DNA of 64,000 nt from Candidatus Bathyarchaeota archaeon RBG_16_48_13. GTDB taxonomy: Archaea > Thermoproteota > Bathyarchaeia > RBG-16-48-13. The position numbers and the translations under genes are program-made. The notes beneath the pieces were generated by a model that was not told the DNA's origin, made no database searches, and saw only the letters and a program-made list of their open reading frames with translations. The DNA lies in assembly GCA_001775995.1 (NCBI GenBank), contig MEZH01000007.1, positions 43,451 through 107,450 of the forward strand, in the 5' to 3' direction. Shown one piece after another: positions 1 to 9,229 of this stretch; positions within the stretch are counted from its first letter, which is position 1, and every line of letters begins with the position of its first letter.

Positions 1-369
1 GTCCTTGCTGACGTATGGAAGATCACCCGACCTTTTTGCCTCCACGGCGAAGGTTTCGTTGTCGTTTATTACATGCGAAGAGTATTCGGCCATTTTCTTT
101 ATGACCATAGCGAAATCGGATGGCGTCTTGACAGCGGGCATAGACGAGAAGACACCGAACACTTTCGTTGCCTCAGTCGCGGCTTTCTCCATATCTGTGC
201 CCTCAACAACTATTCTGCCCCTCTTGCGGATGATCTTGTGATCAGATATTCCCGACCGTATGAGTCTGAAGCGAAGGTTATGGGCTAGCTTCTTTTCCAG
301 CATCCTCCTCACGGGCTCGCTCTTTAGAGCGATCTCAGACGATGATATTAGAACGGAGTCGTAATCCAT
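1..369 (-). CDS. thiI: tRNA 4-thiouridine synthase ThiI, N-terminal part (gene continues beyond window start)
   Basis: Not in the ORF track because there is no stop in the window. My translation from ATG (369..367): MDYDSVLISSSEIALKSEPVRRMLEKKLAHNLRFRLIRSG...RGRIVVEG...ATKVFGVFSSMPAV...FAVEAKRSG. This is the typical ThiI ferredoxin-like/THUMP N-terminus. Confidence 0.6.
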   Translation of the reverse strand, partial: MDYDSVLISSSEIALKSEPVRRMLEKKLAHNLRFRLIRSGISDHKIIRKRGRIVVEGTDMEKAATEATKVFGVFSSMPAVKTPSDFAMVIKKMAEYSSHVINDNETFAVEAKRSGDLPYVSKD

Positions 370-528
370 GACGGACCCACCATTGGTTGAACCCGTGTTA
401 AAGTATTGAGGCCCTAGCTAAAAAGGCAAACTGAGCCAGTCGAGAAAAAGGGATACGGTCGTCATCTCAACCGAAAACCATGTTTCAGTTGAAGCAAGTT
501 TACGCGCAGAGAGAGGAAGGGAACAAAG

Positions 529-1092
529 CTAGGTCGCTCTAGGCCCCAAAAACGGCTTTGTCGCAACGCGTAGGATCATGCCAATTATCACGAGCACCCC
601 GAGCGCTATGATCGCCACCGGGATCAGAGTAGTCCCTTGAATATGCCCACGATAGAATTCCGACAGAAGGTATGACAGTGTTAGCCAGAAGACGCCGGTC
701 ATTATGTCTCCCACCGCCTTACGTGGGAAGTGCATGAGCGCGAGTCGCAGCCCTCCGATGACGATGCCCCAAATTCCGATCGCATCAAGGAAGAACATTA
801 TCGGTTGTCCCAAAGTATATGGAGGCATCACAGGCCTTCCATAGGTCCCGAAACTGCTAAGATAGTCTATGACGATGTTGAAGAGGTTAGGATATACAAG
901 CCATGTCAGGGCTAGTATTATGAGGACCCCACCAGCTGATATAGCACCCAATATATCAAATTCGCTTCTCGTTGGAGGCCGTACATAAGACACAACGGTC
1001 GGCTGAACGGTTGCCTGCGTGGGTTTACCACACTTTGGACAGACGAGCGCCCCTTCGGGGAGCTCCGCGCCACATCTTGTACAGAAGGCCAT
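529..1092 (-). CDS. membrane protein with N-terminal zinc-ribbon (hypothetical)
   Basis: 187 aa. The N-terminus CTRCGAELPEGALVCPKCG is a CxxC...CxxC ribbon, followed by about 4 hydrophobic helices. TAG stop. Confidence 0.6.
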   Translation of the reverse strand: MAFCTRCGAELPEGALVCPKCGKPTQATVQPTVVSYVRPPTRSEFDILGAISAGGVLIILALTWLVYPNLFNIVIDYLSSFGTYGRPVMPPYTLGQPIMFFLDAIGIWGIVIGGLRLALMHFPRKAVGDIMTGVFWLTLSYLLSEFYRGHIQGTTLIPVAIIALGVLVIIGMILRVATKPFLGPRAT

Positions 1093-1256
1093 TTCTCAAC
1101 ACCTCGAGTTAATTGAAGCGTATACGAATAACGCTCTAACATTATCCAATTGGCTTATTAAAATTGTTTGTCAGACTCAATTAAGGAAATCGTTGCTAGA
1201 TCTCATCTAAACCGATCTTCGCCCTAACGCACCCGTCTTTTTGGATCAAGGATTAT

Positions 1257-2249
1257 TCAGCGAAAGGCTGGTAGCACATGCTCGCCAGCCAGTCTGAGTG
1301 TCTCTTCAGGCTTGTCGGCGGGCTTCGAGGGGATGTCGCACAGAAGGGTGGTTACGCCAGCTCCGGCGTAGGCCATTATGGTCCTTATGCAGTCCTCTGG
1401 TGTCCCTGCTACTGCGAATTTCTCTACGAAGTCTTCTGGAACCGCAGCTGAGGCTCGTATGTGGTCTTCGGGCGACTTCATGACCATGGGTTCGATATCT
1501 TTTCTACTTAGGCCGATCGCTTCGAGTTCTCGATCTGTTATCGAGATAAGATAAAAGGGCAGGAGCCTTTTCACCCTGAGCTTGGCCTCTTTTCGATCTT
1601 CTGAGACGGCGAACAGTTTCATGTTTGCTATCTCGAACCCCGAAGGGTCTCTTCGCGCCGATTTGAAGCCTATCTGGAGTCTCCTGTTGACATAGTTCAT
1701 GTATTCGAGGGTGGCGTTGTCCAATAAGACGCCGTCAGCAGTCTGGGCGGCCATCTTGAGCATCATGGGCCTTCTGCATCCCAGATAGATTGGGAAGACG
1801 CCCTTAGGATCGAAGCCTATCCTAAGTTTCTTGAGGGCAGCGGTTTCCCCAACGAAGTTCACCTCTCTTCCGCCCAACAATGCTTTCATGAGCTTGATAG
1901 CTTCTCTGCAGGTCTGAACCGGCTTTACCCAGTCATATCCGTAGACTCGTAACGCCTCGAGGCTGCCCGCCCCAAGTGCGAATAGTACTCGACCCTTGGA
2001 AAACTCGTTGACAGTGGCTAGGGCCAGGGCCGTCTTGGCTGGGTGGCGAAGATAGGGGTTGGTGCAACCCAAGCCGATCTTAATTTTTTTGGTGGATCTG
2101 GCCATGGTGATCATGGCCGGGATGAAGTCTCTCTGCTCCGCCCTTTCGGCAGACCAAATAGAATCGAATCCGCATTTTTCTATCATCTTGGCGAGTTTTG
2201 CGGTCCTCTTCAAGTCTATGTCAGGAGTTATTGTCACTCCAAATTTCAT
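1257..2249 (-). CDS. mer: F420-dependent methylene-H4MPT reductase (Mer)-like, luciferase-like monooxygenase (LLM) family
   Basis: 330 aa. MKFGVTI..., GLGCTNPYLRHP (Mer GPGITNPYTRHP), PIYLGCRRPMMLKMAAQTADGVLLDN, FAVAGTPEDCIRTI..AGAGVT. Length and motif order match Mer as I recall it. The exact substrate is not provable by eye. Confidence 0.6.
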   Translation of the reverse strand: MKFGVTITPDIDLKRTAKLAKMIEKCGFDSIWSAERAEQRDFIPAMITMARSTKKIKIGLGCTNPYLRHPAKTALALATVNEFSKGRVLFALGAGSLEALRVYGYDWVKPVQTCREAIKLMKALLGGREVNFVGETAALKKLRIGFDPKGVFPIYLGCRRPMMLKMAAQTADGVLLDNATLEYMNYVNRRLQIGFKSARRDPSGFEIANMKLFAVSEDRKEAKLRVKRLLPFYLISITDRELEAIGLSRKDIEPMVMKSPEDHIRASAAVPEDFVEKFAVAGTPEDCIRTIMAYAGAGVTTLLCDIPSKPADKPEETLRLAGEHVLPAFR

Positions 2250-2396
2250 GGTTGACTCCCTTCGTCACCGAGGTTCTTCAGGTGTCAGGGCATTTCAGAT
2301 TATTAAGCTTGCATGGAATAGTTGTTCGGATCTGTCGATCATCAAGATTTATTTACACGATAAATGCAGATATACTACGTGGTCAGGTGACCAAAA

Positions 2397-2510
2397 ATGG
2401 GAGAAGCTGAAAAGAAAAAGAAATATTATTACTACAAGGATAAGGAGAAAAAGGCTAAGGAAGTAACAAAGAAAAAACCAGCAAAAAAGAAGCCATCTAA
2501 GAAGAAGTAG
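2397..2510 (+). CDS. possible 37-aa Lys/Tyr-rich micro-protein (MGEAEKKKKYYYYKDKEKKAKEVTKKKPAKKKPSKKK)
   Basis: ATG preceded by AGGTGA with a 6-nt spacer (2385-2396). Below the ORF-track size cutoff. The A-richness is equally explained by the T-rich terminator of the opposite-strand primase gene. Confidence 0.25.
   Translation: MGEAEKKKKYYYYKDKEKKAKEVTKKKPAKKKPSKKK
2468..2490 (-). terminator. oligo-T terminator candidate downstream of the primase-like gene
   Basis: The minus strand reads ..cttcTTTTTTgctggTTTTTTcTTTg.., directly after the TAG stop at 2497-2499. It contains two T6 tracts, the usual archaeal termination signal. Confidence 0.45.
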
Positions 2511-3285
2511 AAACAACGAAACGCGGGATGCATCGAGCATCGTTCACAGGATCGAATTTCAGGACTTCATTCGGCTCCAGAGGTAGCACAATCCTTGAGA
2601 CCATGCCATGGAGGCTGTACGGCAACCGTATGAGCCGCATCCCACCGGTCGTGACCCATTCATCGATGAGATACCCTCGCTTCTTCAATTCCCTAGCCAA
2701 CTCCTTCTTTCTCCTGTAGCTCCAACTCATCGTGCCTCGGTCCAGGACGTGGATGTGGAATCCGCGACCAGAATACACTATTCTCATTTCGTCGAAGCGG
2801 TTCTCGAGTTCACCATAGAGTTTGACCGTCTCTCTCTTGACCATGTTTAGCTCTATTTTGCAGAAGCCCAGGCCCTGATGCCTTTTCATTTTTTCCGATA
2901 AAGTTCCGTGAACCGGACAGGTGAGGTTTTCGGGGTCCAGATCGAAGGCTATCTCTTGGCCTAATATTTTGCCATGTTCATCGTAGAAGTTTCGATCGTA
3001 GTAGACGGCTTCGGGCAGAAACCCAAGGATCTGTTTTTTAACGTCTCTCAGGTCTTGATATTCGTCTATGAGGATAGTCGTAGAGGCATCTTCTCGATAT
3101 TCTTCTGGAAATATCTTTGTGTGACGACCGATTATGACGGCAAAGATCGTCTTTCCATCGCGTTTTTCAAACCAATTCCCGACTTTATCCAAATCGAATT
3201 CAGTTCTGTAGAATTCTTCCCTCTCTTTCAGAGTGGAGTAACGCATACCTTTTGGAAACTTGTACATGCTACATGGCAGCCTCAC
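2497..3285 (-). CDS. priS: archaeo-eukaryotic primase catalytic (small) subunit, compact PriS-like
   Basis: AEP motifs in order: IAFDLDPEN (DxD), YSGRGFHIHV (motif II), LIDEWVTTGGMRLIRLPYSLHG (motif III). PEAVYYDRNFY lies upstream. 256-262 aa with an alternative ATG at 3267. A TATA-like tcttatattg at 3311-3320 (minus strand) lies 26-35 nt upstream of the ATG at 3285. Confidence 0.65.
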   Translation of the reverse strand: MRLPCSMYKFPKGMRYSTLKEREEFYRTEFDLDKVGNWFEKRDGKTIFAVIIGRHTKIFPEEYREDASTTILIDEYQDLRDVKKQILGFLPEAVYYDRNFYDEHGKILGQEIAFDLDPENLTCPVHGTLSEKMKRHQGLGFCKIELNMVKRETVKLYGELENRFDEMRIVYSGRGFHIHVLDRGTMSWSYRRKKELARELKKRGYLIDEWVTTGGMRLIRLPYSLHGMVSRIVLPLEPNEVLKFDPVNDARCIPRFVVSTSS

Positions 3286-3446
3286 AATGCAGCTAAGGTA
3301 TTGTCCAAAGCAATATAAGAAAAAAGTGCCCCCCGAACCTGATTAAAGGAACGCAACCTACAATTCTCGAGGTTGCCGCCACAATGTTGTGGAGGTCTCG
3401 GGACAAATAGCGTTGAGAACAAAACAGATGGAAGGGACAAATCAGG

Positions 3447-3746
3447 TTAGGGCAGAATGCCTATGATAGTTCTTGTGTCTGTCTTTGAGACCCCGTGGAC
3501 GTTTCTTATCTCGAAGATGATTTTGCTTAGTTCCTCCATGTCAACTGCGTTTATTATAGCTGTCATGTCTATGTCACCCGTCAACTCGTAGACCTTCTCA
3601 ACCCCTGGAACCGAAGCCACTTTGGCCGCTAGATCCCGTGGACTCCCGGTTAGAACGCTTATGAAGACAAGGGCCGAAACGTCTATTTCCTTTTCCATGA
3701 GTTCTTCTTCAATCTCTTTTTCGTTGTTCACCATCGGAGTTCTCAC
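3447..3746 (-). CDS. stand-alone Lrp/AsnC-type ligand-binding (RAM) domain protein
   Basis: 99 aa. ..ALVFISVLTGSPRDLAAKVASVPGVEKVYELTGDIDMTAIINAVDMEELSKIIFEIRNVHGV.. is the typical AsnC_trans_reg pattern, with no HTH part. Confidence 0.65.
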   Translation of the reverse strand: MRTPMVNNEKEIEEELMEKEIDVSALVFISVLTGSPRDLAAKVASVPGVEKVYELTGDIDMTAIINAVDMEELSKIIFEIRNVHGVSKTDTRTIIGILP

Positions 3747-4067
3747 CGAAGAGACTCTCTATGAAAATGATCTAATATAGGTTCCCATTTGACCGACGCA
3801 ATCAGAGCCTGACAAACAAACGATTTTTCCAGAATGAGTTTGACATATGTACTCTATCACCGAATACGACGCATTTCATTTCAATGTGATTGAAGGGTTG
3901 CAGCGACGGTATGGCAGAAAATTGGAAAGGGAGATGACTGATACTAGATCGTCCTCTATCATTTTGTATGTACTCGAGGACTATCAACGGCTGGTCTTTC
4001 AGTTCAGAGATTGTCTTATATTTTGAAGATGCCAAGATACCGAAAAACGTGATCGCGTTGAATCGAT

Positions 4068-5088
4068 GTGGTGATGGTTATGCCTAGAATGGGTTTGATG
4101 GTTGCCCCAGAAGCTGAGTTCAGCGTCTTGGCTAAAACCGCCAAGTCAGCCGAGGAGTGTGGATTTGATTCTCTATGGATTGCGGACAGAGCCTATGAAA
4201 GGGACTTCAACGTTGCCATGACCGTAGCAGCATACGCTACTAGGAGGATCAAGATTGCAGTCGGCGTCACGAACCCCTACACAAGGCATCCAGTCAAGAC
4301 CGCTTGCGCGATAGCATCACTCAACGAACTTCTTAACGGAAGGGCCATGTTGGGTATAGGCGCTGGTAGCCGAGATACTCTCAGATCATTTGGCGGAGAT
4401 TGGATCAAGCCGGTCAAGGCTTGCGAGGAGGCAATTCAGCTAATAAGATCGGTCTTGGACGGCGAGATGGTTCATCTTAAAAGGCGAATGCGTCACCGCG
4501 GACAGGGTTAGGATGCTCATCCCGAAGAGAAGCGAGATTTCGATAGTTGTGGGGTGTCGAAGGCCCAAGATGCTTCAAATGGCGGGGCGCGTAGCTGACG
4601 GCATCCTTCTGGACAATGTTCCGCTCAACTACATGAGGTATGCGATAGAGCAAGTGAAGAAGGGAGCTGCCTCTGTGGAGAGGAAGATTGATGATTTCGA
4701 ATACGGAGACCTTGTGGTTTCAGCCGTCTCGGAGGACCGCGCAGAGGCCAGGAACCGGGTCAGAAGACACATACCATATGACTTCATCACAATATCAGGC
4801 AGGGAACTCAGAACTGTTGGCCTGACTTTCAAGGACGTGGAACCCATACGTGCAGCCCTGAGAAGGCAACTGCCTGAAGACTTTGCAATAGCCCGAGCAG
4901 CGGTCACGGATAGATGGTGGACCAATTCTCCATTTCGGGTACGCCTGAGGACTGCATCAGGCAGATAAGGGCAATGGAGAGCGCCGGAATGACCCTTGTC
5001 ATATTGAGCATTCCGTCAAAACCGGAGGATGAACCTGAAAAAGATGATCAGGCTCTACGGAGAACAGGTTATCCCGGAATTCAAATAG
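4068..5088 (+). pseudogene. Mer-like LLM oxidoreductase paralog disrupted by three frameshifts
   Basis: Three ORF pieces (4068-4511, 4513-4968, 4914-5117) align end-to-end with the intact paralog at 1257-2249. The shift sites are: (1) an extra A in ttAAAAgg (4479-4482), where ..GEMVHLK|GECVTADRV.. rejoins; (2) one base missing near 4911-4913, where ..AAVTD|(E)MVDQFSISGTPEDC.. rejoins; (3) an extra A in gAAAAAg (5037-5043), restoring ..PEDEPEKMIRLYGEQVIPEFK* with TAG at 5086-5088. Confidence 0.75.
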
Positions 5089-5136
5089 GAAATCTTTTCT
5101 TCTTTCAGCTGGATTAGTTGAGATAGGGATCGGTTT

Positions 5137-6039
5137 ATGTTCAAGTTCAAGGCGGAACAGAAGGTCTACACGATAGGTGGCGTCAAGATAGGGGGACAAG
5201 CTGGAGTGAACCCTCCCGTCATATATGGCTCCATCTTCGGGGAAGGGCAAGAGAAACTCGTTGCGGACCATAAGAAAGGCGTCTTCGACAGGAAAAAAGC
5301 GGAGAGAATAATCAAGAGGCAGGAGGAGCTGTCCGACAGAACCGGATGCCCCGACGCCCTAGATGTTGTGGTAATCTACGCTGGAGCTGTTCCATCGTAC
5401 CTGGATTTCCTCGAGAAGGTGACCGACGCCCCGCTTAATGTCGGATCCATGACTTCCGAGATAAGAATGGCTGTCGCCAGATATGTGTCTGAGGTGGGCC
5501 TAATCAACCGAGTCACCTGCGGACCAATATCCTTGGAAACAAAGAAGGAAGAGTTGGAGGTTTTCAAGGAGGAAAGAATTCCATTCGTAGAGTTGAGCCT
5601 CTTCAACAAGGCGGATCCAACATCCCATGGCAGGGTTAAGATGTGGCGGAAGCTTTGGGAAAGGATCAAGGACTTGCCTTTCAAAGGATATCTCCTGGAC
5701 ACCGCTGTCCTTGACATGCCCAGCATTGCCCAGTCCTCCCTTTCGGTCCTCGAGGTCAAGGATAAACTCGGCTACCCAGTTGGATGCGCCCCTGACAACG
5801 GAATAGCCATCTGGAAGAGCATGACAGAGAAGAAGGGGACGAACGAATACATGAATGCCGCCAGCCTCGCTGCCGTAATTCCAATACTCTACGGGGCAGA
5901 CTGGATCGTGTACAACATAGACCATTTGGAGTGGGTATTCCCAGCTTGTGCCTTGGCCAGCGGCATTTTCGCTTACGGCGCGAGGGAACTGGGAGCCAAA
6001 CCCAGCCCAGAACACGCGCTATACAGAATTTTCAAGTGA
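5137..6039 (+). CDS. mtrH: MtrH-family methyltransferase (tetrahydromethanopterin S-methyltransferase subunit H homolog, stand-alone)
   Basis: 300 aa. [28 protein letters not shown]...GVFDRKKAE matches the MtrH N-terminus as I recall it ([28 protein letters not shown]..GIFDR). No other mtr subunits are nearby. Confidence 0.75.
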   Translation: [300 protein letters not shown]

Positions 6040-6042
6040 ATT

Positions 6043-7191
6043 CTATTTTCTCTTTCTTGGAAGGGCGCTCAAGAGTCCCAAGGCATCATAGACAACCAGC
6101 GACAGGAAGCTCAGGTTCCAAGAGCTGGTTGCGTCGTAGATCAATCCAAAGATGGGCGAGCTAGCCATAATCCCGATGTTGACCATCATCATTGAGATGG
6201 CCAACCCTACACTCGTGGCCTCAGGACCCGCGATCTCCGCTACCTCCGCCATCGCAGCGGGCGGAACAAGGTTGTTGAAGAAGCCGATGATGAGCATGAA
6301 GATAAGGAACAGAGAAAGGGGGACATAGGGAACTAAAGGGTAGAGGACAGCCAGCGCCAGCAACGGTAGGGCATAGACTATCTTCCTTGGCCGCACGCGA
6401 TCTGCCAGCCAGCCGCCGAGGGGGCTGATGGGGATAGCCATAAACATCGTCAAGCTGACAAGAAAACTGCCCACAGGTACGAGGACGCCTCTGGCAACGT
6501 TGAGATAGGTTGGACCCCAGTTCAGAATGCAGTTGCCCGGAGAACCAACCCCCATGTTGGCCATGGGCAAGAGCCACAGGAAGGGATTGGACAAAGCCCT
6601 CTTCATCGAGAACCCAGGTCTATGAACTACTTTCCTATCGCTTGATAGAGCCAGGAACACCAGCGAGATGATTGCGAAGACCGAACTGAGCCACCAAACG
6701 ATTCTCCAGCCGTAGCTCAGAGGAATAAGGGAGGAGAGGTTCATGCTGATCACGCTGCCTGCGGGATAGCAGGCCATGTATAGGCCCAACGCCAGACCCC
6801 TCTTCGCGGAGGGAGCAGAAAGAGAGATGATGGTGATAGCCGTCACGAGGGCAAAAGAAACGCCGACTCCTTCCACAGCTCTCCCGAAGAAGAGCAGATA
6901 TGCATTTGGCGATAAGGCCTGCACAGCCGCTCCGATTATCATCAAAGCGATAGCTGCAATCCCCATTCTCTTAGTTCCATATCGGGATATCAATATCCCA
7001 GCTGGTATGGCGGTGACCACCACCGAGGCTCCCACCAAACCCATGAATAGACCCGCCAACGTGTACGAAAGGTCGAAATCAGCTATGAGCGCTTGAAGGT
7101 GAGAGGGAACCTTGAAAACCGCCAGAGCCGCTGAGAATGACATTATGAAGGAGACGAACATTGAGAGAAGAACGTCTTGGCGTTTTTCCAT
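6043..7191 (-). CDS. MFS transporter
   Basis: 382 aa with about 12 hydrophobic segments. An MFS loop-like motif (ISRYGTKRMG) follows TM2. Confidence 0.75.
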   Translation of the reverse strand: MEKRQDVLLSMFVSFIMSFSAALAVFKVPSHLQALIADFDLSYTLAGLFMGLVGASVVVTAIPAGILISRYGTKRMGIAAIALMIIGAAVQALSPNAYLLFFGRAVEGVGVSFALVTAITIISLSAPSAKRGLALGLYMACYPAGSVISMNLSSLIPLSYGWRIVWWLSSVFAIISLVFLALSSDRKVVHRPGFSMKRALSNPFLWLLPMANMGVGSPGNCILNWGPTYLNVARGVLVPVGSFLVSLTMFMAIPISPLGGWLADRVRPRKIVYALPLLALAVLYPLVPYVPLSLFLIFMLIIGFFNNLVPPAAMAEVAEIAGPEATSVGLAISMMMVNIGIMASSPIFGLIYDATSSWNLSFLSLVVYDALGLLSALPRKRK

Positions 7192-7236
7192 AATCTACAG
7201 CCTTTAGGGTGAATGAGACAAAAGCCTAAAGAGTGA

Positions 7237-7276
7237 TTTATAAAAGTATTCAGGGCACAAAGCTTCATTTATATAC
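7237..7276. promoter_or_regulatory. two TATA-like boxes in the divergent MFS/RraA spacer
   Basis: tttataaaag (7237-7246) lies about 46-55 nt from the minus-strand ATG at 7191. catttatatac (7266-7276) lies about 60 nt from the plus-strand ATG at 7335. Assignment is by position only. Confidence 0.3.
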
Positions 7277-7325
7277 GAGCCACAATAGACGTTGAAACAT
7301 TAGGAGCCATTCAAGAAGGGAAGGT

Positions 7326-8006
7326 GTGTATCGGATGGTGTCGAAAGAAGAAAAGATCCTTATGGAATACAAGAAGCTATACGTCCCGGCCATTTCAGAC
7401 GCGATGGACAGGTTGGGACTGCGACAGGGGTTTATGTCCCAAGAAATAAGACCAATTTGCCCACTCAACTCCGTTGCGACCAAGATCGTGGGATACGCTT
7501 GCACCATAAAAGTAGCCGAATCACGGGAAGCAAAAGACTCCGACCTTCTGGAGGAGTTCAAGGCCTTCGAGAGCATCAAGAAGAATTCCGCGGTGGTCCT
7601 TGACGGAGGAGGGACCTGGGTCTCATCGCTGTGGGGTCAGCTCCTTTCCACCGAAGCCACCAGAAGGGGAGCAGCTGGAGCGGTGGTGGATGGGCCTGTC
7701 AGAGACACCCAGACCGTCACGCAGATCGGATTCCCGGTCTTTGCGAGGGGCTTTGTTCCATCTAGTTCCAGAAACAGAATGAAGTTCGTCGGATGCGATA
7801 TCACGGTGACCTGCGGTGGCGTGCGAGTCAGCCCCGGCGACCTGGTGATGGCCGACATCGATGGTGTTGTCGTTGTTCCCAAAGCTAGAATAGAGGCGGT
7901 CCTTGATGAGGCGAAGAAGGTGGCAGAAGATGACGTATGGGTTCTGGGACAGATAAAGTCGGGCAGGACTTTGGCGGAGATCGAACGGGAGAAACCCGTT
8001 CCGTGA
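7326..8006 (+). CDS. RraA-family protein (RraA / 4-hydroxy-4-methyl-2-oxoglutarate aldolase-like)
   Basis: ..YVPAISDAMDRLG.., WGQLLSTEATRRGAAGAVVDGPVRD, GFPVFARG, GDLVMADIDGVVVVP. The likely true start is the ATG at 7335, behind GGAAGGTG. Confidence 0.75.
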   Translation: MYRMVSKEEKILMEYKKLYVPAISDAMDRLGLRQGFMSQEIRPICPLNSVATKIVGYACTIKVAESREAKDSDLLEEFKAFESIKKNSAVVLDGGGTWVSSLWGQLLSTEATRRGAAGAVVDGPVRDTQTVTQIGFPVFARGFVPSSSRNRMKFVGCDITVTCGGVRVSPGDLVMADIDGVVVVPKARIEAVLDEAKKVAEDDVWVLGQIKSGRTLAEIEREKPVP

Positions 8007-8049
8007 TATCTCTTTTTGCCTATTGAAAAAGGTCGGCGGATGCACCCAT

Positions 8050-9216
8050 TCATCTGGGCGTGAGCGGAGAGATCGCCCTGAGCTTTGTCACTATCTTCGG
8101 CAGAACCTCTATCGCGTAGTCAACGTCCTCCCTTGCGTTGTACTTGCTCATCGTGAAGCTGAGGGAGCCATGAGCCTCTTCATGTTTGAGACCGATCGCC
8201 AGCAGAACGGGAGAGGGTTCCAAGGTCTTCGAAGTGCATGCCGAGCCCGACGATACTGCAATACCTTCCATGTCTAGGCTAAGGAGGAGCGATTCACCCT
8301 CGACGTAGCTGAACCGGAGGTTTGCGTTGCTCGGAAGCCTTTGCGTCGGGTGACCGTTGAGGTAGGTATCGGGGATTCCGAGGAGGCCGTTCATCAACCG
8401 ATCTCTAAGCGCGGTCATTTTTGAACCTTCTTCGACCATCTCGACCTTGGCAAGCTCTGCCGCCTTCCCCAATCCAACTATTCCGGGTATGTCCTCAGTC
8501 CCTGACCTCAGACCACGTTCCTGACCACCGCCGATGACCTGAGGTGACAGCTTAGTTCCCTCCTTGACGTAAAGGGCACCGACGCCTTTCGGTCCGTACA
8601 TGTCATTGGATGAGATTGTGACAAGGTCGACGTTGTCCTTCTGAACATCGATGGGTATCTTGCCAGCCGCCGCGACAGCATCTACGTGGAGATAAATGTT
8701 TTTCCTCCTGGTGAGTTCACCCATCTCTCTTATTGGCTCAATTGTCCCTATCTCGCCGTTGGCATAATTCATCGACACGAGTATTGTTTCATCAGTGATC
8801 TCCTTCTTGAGAACCTCTGGGTCCACCACGCCGCACTTGTCCACTGGGAGATAGGTTATCATGAAACCTTGCTTCTCGAGATGTTTACACAGGTTTCTGA
8901 TCGAGATGTGCTCTATCTTGGTGGTGATTATATGTCTCCCGCGATCCTTGTTTCGGTATGCCACGCCTAGCAATGCCAGGTTGTTACCCTCGGTTGCCCC
9001 TGAGTTGAAGATTATCTCTTCCTTCTTGTTGGCATTGACCAGCTCGGCAACTTTCATCCTTGCATTCTCCAGAGCCTTCCGCGGCGCCTCTCCTAGGAAG
9101 TGGATGGAGGACGGATTTCCAAAGAATTCGGTAAAATATGGGAGCATGACTTCGACGATTCTCTGGTCTGCGGGATAACCCGCCTGGTAGTCGAAGCAAA
9201 TCCTTTTCATAGCCAT
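8050..9216 (-). CDS. iscS: IscS/NifS-like class V fold protein lacking the PLP-binding lysine
   Basis: 388 aa, collinear with IscS (..FNSGATEGNNLA.., LHVDAVAAAG, SSGSACTS cysteine loop). The canonical S-G-H-K-IYGPKG reads S-S-N-D-MYGPKG. Confidence 0.8.
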   Translation of the reverse strand: MAMKRICFDYQAGYPADQRIVEVMLPYFTEFFGNPSSIHFLGEAPRKALENARMKVAELVNANKKEEIIFNSGATEGNNLALLGVAYRNKDRGRHIITTKIEHISIRNLCKHLEKQGFMITYLPVDKCGVVDPEVLKKEITDETILVSMNYANGEIGTIEPIREMGELTRRKNIYLHVDAVAAAGKIPIDVQKDNVDLVTISSNDMYGPKGVGALYVKEGTKLSPQVIGGGQERGLRSGTEDIPGIVGLGKAAELAKVEMVEEGSKMTALRDRLMNGLLGIPDTYLNGHPTQRLPSNANLRFSYVEGESLLLSLDMEGIAVSSGSACTSKTLEPSPVLLAIGLKHEEAHGSLSFTMSKYNAREDVDYAIEVLPKIVTKLRAISPLTPR

Positions 9217-9229
9217 CCTTGAACCCCCT

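Noticed and set aside
3802-4035. 77-aa minus-strand ORF in the 320-bp spacer before the Mer pseudogene
   Set aside because: It has no SD, no recognisable motif and an odd composition. I cannot support it as a gene.
5376-6015. 127-aa and 171-aa minus-strand ORFs inside the mtrH-like gene
   Set aside because: They are antisense shadows of a well-supported gene. Their composition is low-complexity, Arg/Ser/Gly-rich and atypical.
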